In this document: positions 18,501-24,216 of the stretch, one piece after another
How the letters are laid out: each line of letters begins with the position of its first letter
Position numbering within the stretch: the stretch's first letter is position 1
Assembly (NCBI GenBank): GCA_010202845.1
Contig: CP047921.1
Coordinates: forward strand, 1-32,000
Direction: 5' to 3'
DNA length: 32,000 nucleotides
Source of the DNA: Candidatus Saccharibacteria bacterium oral taxon 488
Lineage (GTDB): Bacteria > Patescibacteriota > Saccharimonadia > Saccharimonadales > Saccharimonadaceae
The notes under the pieces: generated by a model
Seen by the model: only the letters and a program-made list of their open reading frames with translations
What the model was told of the DNA's origin: nothing
The model's database searches: none
Position numbers and translations under genes: made by a program

Positions 18501-18649
18501 TATGGCGAATAGCTAAGTTGTGTTCGAGCTGCGTTAGCAGTCGGCGACAGCGCAAAAAACGTCATGAGCATCGGAACGACTAATAGTGCGGCAAGTCCGA
18601 TTAGAACGGGGCGAATACGTTTATGCGAGGTTTTCTTTTGCGCAAGCAT
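15527..18649 (-). CDS. VirB6/TrbL-like polytopic membrane protein, paralog A (first gene of operon)
   Basis: 1040 aa. Signal peptide ends ...LSPTANA. A ~400-aa Cys-containing ectodomain is followed by a multi-TM core nearly identical in motifs to paralog B (WGIMRNIANGAFIIMFLAIIISQLTGFGISNYGIKKMLPRLIIAAILVNLS). The long hydrophilic tail ends in PPSAPPNNQNNRNNRNNNPP. Confidence 0.8.
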   Translation of the reverse strand: MLAQKKTSHKRIRPVLIGLAALLVVPMLMTFFALSPTANAARTQLSYSPYLTQVKQRAIALGIGGCIEARGTKGFGDNLTPQNVASGDWNIGSNTPIVSGVVDPKDGKFDCKEMTSAAREIFGYSSFTEMFCALKGEWRDNANLDCLGNIDKPEYSGNRWNIPKDRGTYAVGVLEKKTGKSLKFDSALVNYSMAMAVLLSNQETGCKAEWRGFTSGEGAPSNIKDLLKHEFNTRVNVALTDGTAAEGLFYIPKETRLKGLMPLFYSGLKQPYKPPKDSGMSCGEIAKWASDNAGAAAQLAKTESTENTRKAIRSALIKRCVQSRGGGPAQQICESQVDSWMNACKDKMPSNGNVANSSEYVDCLKKQSGYSEDDIKSSLSNITADPPSGQSENSSSDRPDCAVKELGWLVCPVINFMARIADAAFAMIADNFLKIEPDLASGGEVQAAWGIMRNIANGAFIIMFLAIIISQLTGFGISNYGIKKMLPRLIIAAILVNLSIYICQIAVDLSNILGYGLRAGLGGIGDGISAANSVLKSGQGGETWGGIALTVLAGATAAVLALAVLIGALVSGLVVMVTIAALLIARKALIVILIVISPLAFVAFLLPNTEKFFSKWRSTFVGLLMVFPIVGLLFGGGILAGSIVKAGATDADNTVMQIVGELIKVLPLIAVWSVLKKAIDVAGAIGQHINNAGGRLGGLGGSAKNWAKDRYANSRLGQMQDFRKKQIARRKKLIRAGAWKGSGVLDKMRWIGRNASAERSKALNESDLTNNRWIGGDLGRRLAAEGQDAVDDEERETAKRMLDYQYNGDAAAALRGAGDNEMLKYVASKKLASTGKHGAQQMYDYLQSGGTISNRRMAETLTDMQEYHAGLFEMGTNAIDQMEQHGVNSVSFSQRQMAELTAQGLNGLSDEKLARQASGAVKIAGETEFTKGSQRMVGISAERAASLLDNKRVNTSISGSTRAEFENIRNGGTGTNEIRIPHDTAPSNNITEAIPSDTPTGRTFVAGTGRGPAPPQSPPSAPPNNQNNRNNRNNNPPATS
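15544..15582 (-). repeat. In-frame short tandem repeat (GATTATT units, 9-12 nt period) encoding NNQNNRNNRNNN at the C-terminus of VirB6-like paralog A
   Basis: The unit gattatt recurs at 15544, 15556, 15565 and 15574 on the plus strand. Confidence 0.7.
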
Positions 18650-18656
18650 TATGTAT

Positions 18657-18688
18657 AGTATAGTATCACGCTTATACTATGATTTCAA
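18657..18688 (-). promoter_or_regulatory. Candidate promoter of the T4SS-like operon, with a very short or absent leader
   Basis: On the minus strand: TTGAAA (18688-18683), a 17-nt spacer, then TGaTACTAT (extended -10; hexamer 18665-18660). An overlapping TATACT (18662-18657) lies 7 nt before the ATG at 18649. No Shine-Dalgarno sequence is present. Confidence 0.45.
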
Positions 18689-18716
18689 AAGAGAGGCTCC
18701 GAGTGGCCTCTCTTTT
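18687..18716 (-). terminator. Rho-independent terminator after the lipoprotein gene
   Basis: AAAAGAGAGGC-tccgagtg-GCCTCTCTTTT forms a perfect 11-bp stem. It is flanked by A/T runs on both sides and could act bidirectionally. Confidence 0.7.
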
Positions 18717-18757
18717 GAGGTGTTATTTAATTGTGGCGATACGGCCATGCCTTTTAA

Positions 18758-19693
18758 TTAATCGAGAGTAGACTTAAGATCGCTAACCTCGTTGTCAACG
18801 ATTCGCCACAAGCCATTGTCTATCACAACCCTCCAAGCCATACCAAGAATTGTGCCGGTGGTTTCTGCCTTGGTAAAAATCTGGAGCCCTTCTGTTGGTA
18901 GCGCTTTACCAGTCTTTGTATCCACAACGGGTTTGGCACTACAAAACCTTGGCTTAAGAATCGGAAACATATTTGAGCCGGGCACTTTATGTTCGTAGCC
19001 CAACTTTTCTTTCTCGTCTTTAGCCGCTAGAAGCGTCGCTATGGCCTTTTTGCCGTCGTACTCTGGGCCTGGTATCTTTCCATTGCGCAACATATCGTTC
19101 AGGACGGATATTCTTAACTCGGGATTGCCATAGATTGCCGCGGATGCTACATATCTTGCAAAGTTAGGGTCCCACGGGCCAACATCAAAAGCCGCGACCA
19201 CAGGAAGAAATAGCTTGCCCGCGACTTCTTCGGGGGAATCTGTTGGTGATGCGGGTTTTCCGTAAAATTCACCAGGTTTAATCCCCGTTGATGGATTATA
19301 TAAACTATTATTTGGGTTATGTATGATTCCCCACGCCTCTGCAAGAAGAAACTCTTCCCTACATGGTAACAAGCGCTCTTCGTCCGTAAGTCTAGCAAAC
19401 CCTTCGGGGGTCATGTTTGCATACTTTTCTCTAACCTGCTTATATCTTTTTTCAGCCAAGTCTTTTGGATCAATAGTCTCAGACGGTGATGGTGAGGCGG
19501 ATGGTGACTCTGATGGTGAGGCGTTCTGTGTAGAGTAATCTGGGGGAACAGCTGTCCGATCTCTTTCACCCCCACAACTGACAAGCAGCATAGCTACTCC
19601 AGCTGCTCCGCCAACCAGTCCGGCCAACACTCCGCGACGAGATAAGTCTTTTGTTTCTAATGAACTACTTGGGTCATGGTTGTGCTTTGCCAT
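18758..19693 (-). CDS. Putative Tat-exported lipoprotein, unknown function
   Basis: 311 aa. The N-terminus carries a twin-arginine motif (LSRRGVLAGL), an h-region and the lipobox LLVSC. A Ser/Pro-rich linker (SPSESPSASPSPSE) precedes a globular domain. Confidence 0.75.
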   Translation of the reverse strand: MAKHNHDPSSSLETKDLSRRGVLAGLVGGAAGVAMLLVSCGGERDRTAVPPDYSTQNASPSESPSASPSPSETIDPKDLAEKRYKQVREKYANMTPEGFARLTDEERLLPCREEFLLAEAWGIIHNPNNSLYNPSTGIKPGEFYGKPASPTDSPEEVAGKLFLPVVAAFDVGPWDPNFARYVASAAIYGNPELRISVLNDMLRNGKIPGPEYDGKKAIATLLAAKDEKEKLGYEHKVPGSNMFPILKPRFCSAKPVVDTKTGKALPTEGLQIFTKAETTGTILGMAWRVVIDNGLWRIVDNEVSDLKSTLD

Positions 19694-19783
19694 AACGCTT
19701 GGAGTCCTTTCTCTGGCCGGTGGCCAGTCATAGAGTAGTTTTAATCCACCTCAGAGTAGATAATTAGAACTCTGAATAGCATC

Positions 19784-19811
19784 ATTGTAACACATTCTGT
19801 ATATTTAGCAA
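19784..19811 (-). promoter_or_regulatory. Candidate sigma70-type promoter for the lipoprotein gene
   Basis: On the minus strand: TTGCTA (19811-19806), a 16-nt spacer, then TGtTACAAT (extended -10; hexamer 19789-19784). Confidence 0.4.
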
Positions 19812-19890
19812 TACCCCACAGCCATAAACAAATAAAAATAGCCCTTAATTCTACAAAGAAACGGGCTGCTAGGTGACAATATTCTGATTC

Positions 19891-19968
19891 TGGCGCGCCC
19901 GACCGGATTCGAACCGGCGATCTCCTCCGTGACAGGGAGGCGTGATAGGCCAACTTCACTACGGGCGC
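19891..19968 (-). tRNA. tRNA-Asp (GTC)
   Basis: Reverse complement is GCGCCCGTAGTGAAGTTGGCCTATCACGCCTCCCTGTCACGGAGGAGATCGCCGGTTCGAATCCGGTCGGGCGCGCCA. It folds as a cloverleaf with anticodon loop CTGTCAC, T-loop TTCGAAT and an encoded CCA. Confidence 0.93.
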
Positions 19969-20017
19969 ATAACCTCCCGTATGATAGCAAACTTTTATGG
20001 CTTTTTCAAGAAATCGT

Positions 20018-20046
20018 TTGCATTTTTCCTGCCACTATTTTACAAT
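20018..20046 (+). promoter_or_regulatory. Candidate promoter of the pilin array
   Basis: TTGCAT (20018-20023), a 17-nt spacer, then TACAAT (20041-20046), ending 19 nt before the ATG at 20066. Confidence 0.45.
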
Positions 20047-20065
20047 TTAGGGTAAGAGATCCGTT

Positions 20066-20443
20066 ATGACAAAAAGAAATATTTTCATCACCGCTATCTT
20101 TCTCGCAACTGTTATGTGTGGCGTCGTGCTGTCTGGCATACCTGTGTTCGCTGATACTGAATGCGGCGGCGCAAAGACCTCGATCATTAATTGTGGCGGT
20201 GCGACTGGCGATACTGCTATTCTCGGTATCATCAAAATGGTTATCCAGATCATGACTGCTGGTATCGGTATCTTGGCGGTCGGTACGGTGATATATGGCG
20301 GCATTCTCTACTCTGCGTCTGGCGGTAGCCCAGACAATATCAAAAAAGCCAAAGAGCTCTGGGTCAACACTGCCATCGGTCTCATCATATTCGCGTTTTT
20401 TGTGGCTATCACTAACTTCCTGATCCCTGGGGGGGTGTTCTGA
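20066..20443 (+). CDS. T4SS pilin-like protein (VirB2/TrbC-like), paralog 1
   Basis: 125 aa. Signal peptide ends ...IPVFA/DTE, followed by a Cys pair (ECGGAKTSIINCGG). Two hydrophobic helices flank YGGILYSASGGSPDNIKKAKE. Confidence 0.8.
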   Translation: MTKRNIFITAIFLATVMCGVVLSGIPVFADTECGGAKTSIINCGGATGDTAILGIIKMVIQIMTAGIGILAVGTVIYGGILYSASGGSPDNIKKAKELWVNTAIGLIIFAFFVAITNFLIPGGVF

Positions 20444-20901
20444 TGAAGCACATTGTGATCGCGCTGGGGCTGATGATCGCGGGGTCGTTGATGTTGTCGG
20501 TGGTTCAGGCAACACCGGCCAGCGCAGCTTGTGGCGGCAACATCTTGACACTCAAGCCGTGGTACGACGGGCTGACCAAGTCGGATTGTAATCTCAAGGC
20601 GATTGTCGACAATAACGATAAGCGCGCCCAAAACGACCCGGGTAATTACGCCACGCTCAACGGCTTTATCTGGCGGGCGATATTGAATGTTGTCGAGGAT
20701 CTGTTGCAGCTGGCGGGCTTTGTGACGGTCGGCTTTGTGATATACGGCGGCTTCTTGTACTTGACGAGCAATGGTGAGCCGGGACAGATGGCCAATGGCA
20801 TGAAGACGGTGATTAATGCGGCGATCGGCCTAGTGATTGCTATTGCCTCGGTGGCGCTGGTGAATGTCGTGGCTGACGGATTGGGGTTGCCACGGTCATG
20901 A
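20443..20901 (+). CDS. T4SS pilin-like protein, paralog 2 (longer ectodomain)
   Basis: 152 aa with a TGATG 1-nt start/stop overlap with paralog 1. Signal peptide ends ...TPASA, followed by a Cys pair (ACGG...SDCN). Core is VIYGGFLYLTSNGEPGQMANGMKTVINAAIGLVIA. Confidence 0.78.
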   Translation: MKHIVIALGLMIAGSLMLSVVQATPASAACGGNILTLKPWYDGLTKSDCNLKAIVDNNDKRAQNDPGNYATLNGFIWRAILNVVEDLLQLAGFVTVGFVIYGGFLYLTSNGEPGQMANGMKTVINAAIGLVIAIASVALVNVVADGLGLPRS

Positions 20902-21197
20902 TGCGATTTGTAGCCGGTGTATTGGGGTCGCCAGATTCGCTGGGCATTCCGACGAACAGTGCTTCGGCGGATGCACTGGGTAACATCCTCAATACGGTGT
21001 ATTTCTTTGCCGGGGCGATCGCGATTTTGATGTTGGTGCTGGCCGGTATCAATTACGCCAATTCGGGCGGCGACACCAATAAGCTCACCAAGGCGAAAAA
21101 CACCATTCTCGGTACCATTATCGGCATCATTATCATCCTCTCCGCATTTCTCATAACTAACTTTGTCATCAGTGGCATGAAAGGATCGGCAATATGA
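20898..21197 (+). CDS. T4SS pilin-like protein, paralog 3 (no obvious signal peptide)
   Basis: 99 aa with an ATGA overlap with paralog 2. Core is LAGINYANSGGDTNKLTKAKNTILGTIIGIIIIL. The N-terminus lacks a hydrophobic leader. Confidence 0.72.
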   Translation: MMRFVAGVLGSPDSLGIPTNSASADALGNILNTVYFFAGAIAILMLVLAGINYANSGGDTNKLTKAKNTILGTIIGIIIILSAFLITNFVISGMKGSAI

Positions 21198-21559
21198 AAA
21201 AACTCATAGTCATTATCGGCGTGATAGCGGCGCTCATCGCCCCGTTGGTAGTCACCTCAAGTGTATCCGCCCAGAGTGTCGACATTTACGGTGCCTGCTC
21301 GGGCTCCAGCGGTGAAGTCTGTAAAAACCGTGGCGCGACGGTGCAACCACTGTTCAAGAACCTCATCAATGCTATCTTGCTCATCCTCGGCGCCATTTCT
21401 GTCATCATGATCATCATCGGTGGCTTTCAGTATGTGACCTCGGCCGGCGACTCTAATAAGGTTAAAACTGCCAAGTCGACCATTATGTACGCGGTGATTG
21501 GTGTCGCCGTAGCGCTTCTATCGTATGCCATTGTTGATTTTGTGTTTGGCAAAATATAA
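21194..21559 (+). CDS. T4SS pilin-like protein, paralog 4
   Basis: 121 aa with an ATGA overlap with paralog 3. Signal peptide ends ...SSVSA/QS, followed by a Cys pair (GACSGSSGEVCKN). Core is IIGGFQYVTSAGDSNKVKTAKSTIMYAVIGVAVALLSYAIVDFV. Confidence 0.82.
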   Translation: MKKLIVIIGVIAALIAPLVVTSSVSAQSVDIYGACSGSSGEVCKNRGATVQPLFKNLINAILLILGAISVIMIIIGGFQYVTSAGDSNKVKTAKSTIMYAVIGVAVALLSYAIVDFVFGKI

Positions 21560-21576
21560 GAAAAAAGGAGAAATGT

Positions 21577-21951
21577 ATGAAACGATATAGAAAAACCCTC
21601 GTAACCGCCGTCTTGTCATTAGCGGTTGCTGCCGTGGCTGTCGTCATGCCGATCGCCCTGCCATCCGCGTCGGCCCAATTTAAGAGCGGTTTGGATGCAG
21701 CTCGAACACAGGAGATGAGCACGAAGCCTATTGGTACAACCATTGGCGAGGTGGTTAATATCTTTCTCTACTTCGTCGGTGCGGTGGCGGTTATTGTTGT
21801 GATCTGGGGCGGTTTTCAGTACATTACCTCGTCAGGCGATAGCCAGAAAGCGACCACTGCTAAAAACACCATCATGTACGCGGTGATCGGTATCGCTGTA
21901 GTGGTCATGTCGTATGCCATCGTTAACTGGGTCTTTGGCTTGTTTAAGTAG
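21577..21951 (+). CDS. T4SS pilin-like protein, paralog 5
   Basis: 124 aa with its own SD (AAGGAG, 6 nt spacing). Signal peptide ends ...PSASA/QF and there is no Cys. Core is IWGGFQYITSSGDSQKATTAKNTIMYAVIGIAVVVMSYAIVNWV. Confidence 0.82.
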   Translation: MKRYRKTLVTAVLSLAVAAVAVVMPIALPSASAQFKSGLDAARTQEMSTKPIGTTIGEVVNIFLYFVGAVAVIVVIWGGFQYITSSGDSQKATTAKNTIMYAVIGIAVVVMSYAIVNWVFGLFK

Positions 21952-22009
21952 CTAAATGATGATAGAATAACAGCTGAAATGACATTAACCCTAAACAAGG
22001 AAGCAATAA

Positions 22010-22390
22010 ATGAACAAACTTAAAGTTATCATCGCTGGTGTGCTCGCTGTGACGGTGCTGGCATTTGCGACAGTGCCGGTGGCGAACGCACAATATAACC
22101 TTAGAAATGGCGCAGATGCCGCCAAGGGCGACGGTGCCGCTAACGGTGTTGATAGGCCAAATGATCTTGTTAAGAATGTTGTCAATGGCATCCTCTACTT
22201 TGTTGGTATTCTGTCGGTGATTATGTTGATCTGGGGCGGCATCCTTTACACGACTTCATCTGGTGACTCGAGTAAGGTGACTACTGCTAAAAATACTATC
22301 ATGTACGCGGTGATTGGTCTGGTGGTGGCGATCTTTGCTTATGCTATCGTTAACTTCGTACTGGTTACTTCCACTGGCGTTGGCTCGTAG
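22010..22390 (+). CDS. T4SS pilin-like protein, paralog 6
   Basis: 126 aa with its own SD (AAGGAAG). Signal peptide ends ...PVANA/QY and there is no Cys. Core is IWGGILYTTSSGDSSKVTTAKNTIMYAVIGLVVAIFAYAIVNFV. Confidence 0.82.
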   Translation: MNKLKVIIAGVLAVTVLAFATVPVANAQYNLRNGADAAKGDGAANGVDRPNDLVKNVVNGILYFVGILSVIMLIWGGILYTTSSGDSSKVTTAKNTIMYAVIGLVVAIFAYAIVNFVLVTSTGVGS

Positions 22391-22410
22391 GGATCACGTT
22401 AGGTCTTTAT

Positions 22411-22440
22411 AAACCCCCGGCGCTTCCGGGGGTTTAGTTT
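22411..22440. terminator. Bidirectional rho-independent terminator between the pilin array and hsp20
   Basis: AAACCCCCGG-cgctt-CCGGGGGTTT is followed by a T-run (agtttttatt). It sits between convergent genes. Confidence 0.8.
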
Positions 22441-22482
22441 TTATTGCGGTTTTAACAATTAAACGCTGGTTCGTCTTTTGAA

Positions 22483-22971
22483 TTAGAGAACCTGGATTTT
22501 CTTGGCACGTTCTTGTTTAATTTTCTCAAAAGTGATGGTGAGCACGCCGTCTTTGAGTTCGGCCTTGACGCCTTCTTCGTTGACCGCGACGGGCAGCGCC
22601 AGGGTACGGCTAAATTCGCCCCAGTAGCATTCTTGGATATGCCAGTTCTTGACATCGGTCTCGTCGCCGCTTGATAGGGTGCCGCTGATCGTGAGGATGC
22701 CGTCCGAGATGCTGACATCTAGGTCGTTACGATCAACACCAGCCGTCCGGGCTTTGATAATAAGTTCGGTTTCTGACTCAAATACATCGACCGCTAGCTG
22801 CCCCATCAGATCATCGGCCTCATCCTCCCAGTCATCCTCAGGAGCGGGCGCTGCAGTAGCCGGTGTTGCTGCAGGAGCGGCTGGTTGTGGTGCGTCGTTA
22901 GCCAGATCATCATTCAAGAAAGCTGCAGTTAGCTCATCCTCAATTAACAAATCGTCGTTTTTGCGTGCCAT
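22483..22971 (-). CDS. Hsp20/alpha-crystallin family small heat-shock protein
   Basis: 162 aa with a GGAGGA SD 4 nt upstream. The alpha-crystallin domain reads LAVDVFESETELIIKARTAGVDRNDLDVSISDGILTISG...FSRTLALPVAVNEEGVKAELKDGVLTITFEK. Confidence 0.9.
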   Translation of the reverse strand: MARKNDDLLIEDELTAAFLNDDLANDAPQPAAPAATPATAAPAPEDDWEDEADDLMGQLAVDVFESETELIIKARTAGVDRNDLDVSISDGILTISGTLSSGDETDVKNWHIQECYWGEFSRTLALPVAVNEEGVKAELKDGVLTITFEKIKQERAKKIQVL

Positions 22972-23066
22972 GTTTCCTCCGCCTTTATAGGCTGATTGAC
23001 AATATCATCTATTAGTATAACGGTTATGTGCGCTATAATCAAGAGTGAAAGGCGAAAAAGCGAAAA

Positions 23067-23831
23067 ATGCCTATTGATACGCTATTATCATATATCGCGC
23101 CACATTATTGTTATGGTTGTGGTGCAACTGGCTCGCTTTTGTGTCGGTCGTGTCTTGAGGCGGTAAAGCGGCATCATTGTCGAGCCTGCGTTATTTGTGG
23201 ACAGCCGTGCGCCAGTGGCAACGTGTGTCGGCGACATGCCCTGCCCTACGAGGCGCTAGACTGTGTGCTGTGGCGGCGAGGTGCGGTGGCGCGGCTGATT
23301 GATGATTATAAGTTTCACCGCGTACGTGCCGCCAGTAGGGTGTTGGCTAGGACCCTAGACGAATTGCTCCCAGAATACGAGGTCTCGACGGTGGTTGTAC
23401 CGGTGCCGACGGCTCCTGCCAATATTCGTAAGCGCGGCTATGATCATATGTTGCTGGTTGCTCGGCAATTTGCTCGGCGGCGGGGATTGAGAGTCGAGCG
23501 ACCCTTGGTCAGGCAGACGAATGTGACGCAGCATTATGCTCGCTCGGCGGCTGAGCGTCGAAAGCAGGCGCAGCAGTTTTTCCGGGCGCGCAGTGCTCAG
23601 GCCGATGTTCCCTATCTGATCTTGGATGATATTTTCACCACTGGCTCAACGATTACAGCGGCGGCCCAGACACTACGAGCGGCTGGCGCGCGGGACATTC
23701 GCGTGGGGATTGTCGCTCGCCATGGGAACGATAAAAAGGCTGCTGCAAAGACGCCGCCACATCCTAGTCGTGATGATACGAACCGCCTCGAGCGATCTCT
23801 TGGGCGCGGTACAGCTGCTCGGCGAGAATGA
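23067..23831 (+). CDS. comFC: ComF-family protein (ComFC-like phosphoribosyltransferase-fold competence protein)
   Basis: 254 aa. The N-terminus has a 4-Cys zinc-finger-like motif (CYGCG...CRSC...CVICGQPC). The PRTase motif is YLILDDIFTTGSTITAAAQTLRAAGA. The last ~68 nt overlap the convergent rlmH, so the basic C-terminal tail may be non-conserved. Confidence 0.8.
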   Translation: MPIDTLLSYIAPHYCYGCGATGSLLCRSCLEAVKRHHCRACVICGQPCASGNVCRRHALPYEALDCVLWRRGAVARLIDDYKFHRVRAASRVLARTLDELLPEYEVSTVVVPVPTAPANIRKRGYDHMLLVARQFARRRGLRVERPLVRQTNVTQHYARSAAERRKQAQQFFRARSAQADVPYLILDDIFTTGSTITAAAQTLRAAGARDIRVGIVARHGNDKKAAAKTPPHPSRDDTNRLERSLGRGTAARRE

Positions 23832-24216
23832 GCCGTACCAGCTGGTGCGGAAACACCAGGCGTGATAGTGACCAAACGATGTCGGCTCGCCGGTGAAGCA
23901 TCTCGGTGACGCCATAGGCCCCGCCAATGATGATAACGATGTGCTGATCGGTGTGATCGAGAATGAGCTGCGATAGTTCTGGCGAGCCCAGGTTGCGGCC
24001 GCGCTCGTCGAGGAGGATGACGAAGTCGTGCGGCTTGAGGCGAGATATCAGGCGTTCTGACTCGTCCTGGCGCGCTCTGTCGCTGATTTGGCCGGAATGT
24101 GGGATGATGATCATTTCTGCGGCGAATGGCGCTCTAAGGCGCTCTAAAAAGCGCTTAATGCCTGGCTCTACCCAGGGCTCGTGCCGCTTGCCAACGGTGA
24201 GGATGGTAATTTTCAT
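23764..24216 (-). CDS. rlmH: 23S rRNA (pseudouridine1915-N3)-methyltransferase RlmH
   Basis: 150 aa with SPOUT-family features: MKITILTVGK..., IIGGAYGV, LSLSRLVFPHQLVRLILAEQLYRA. Confidence 0.9.
   Translation of the reverse strand: MKITILTVGKRHEPWVEPGIKRFLERLRAPFAAEMIIIPHSGQISDRARQDESERLISRLKPHDFVILLDERGRNLGSPELSQLILDHTDQHIVIIIGGAYGVTEMLHRRADIVWSLSRLVFPHQLVRLILAEQLYRAQEIARGGSYHHD

Noticed and set aside
2709-19968. T4SS region as a classical integrative conjugative element inserted at the 3' end of tRNA-Asp
   Set aside because: The orientation is suggestive, since the island lies downstream of the tRNA 3' end. However, I see no integrase or recombinase, no relaxase or VirD4, and no direct repeat of the tRNA-Asp 3' segment near the dnaN-proximal boundary. 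The idea is kept only as a weak possibility of ancient acquisition.
20006-20631. 181-aa, 85-aa and 107-aa minus-strand ORFs antisense to pilin genes 1-2
   Set aside because: They fully overlap well-supported plus-strand pilin genes. Their composition is Arg/Pro/His-rich and reads like antisense translation. They have no start context.
20066-22390. Periodic sequence similarity across the pilin array as a possible CRISPR or other non-coding repeat array
   Set aside because: The period is ~370-460 bp, each unit is a complete ORF with a signal peptide and two TM helices, and similarity is at the protein level. No short direct repeats with unique spacers occur anywhere in the window.
22972-23066. 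CIRCE (TTAGCACTC-N9-GAGTGCTAA) or HAIR (CTTGAGT-N7-ACTCAAG) heat-shock operator upstream of hsp20
   Set aside because: Neither inverted repeat is present. Only a plausible promoter (TTGATT, 17 nt, TATACT on the minus strand) and a GGAGGA ribosome-binding site are seen, plus a TATAAT (23034-23039) for the divergent comFC.
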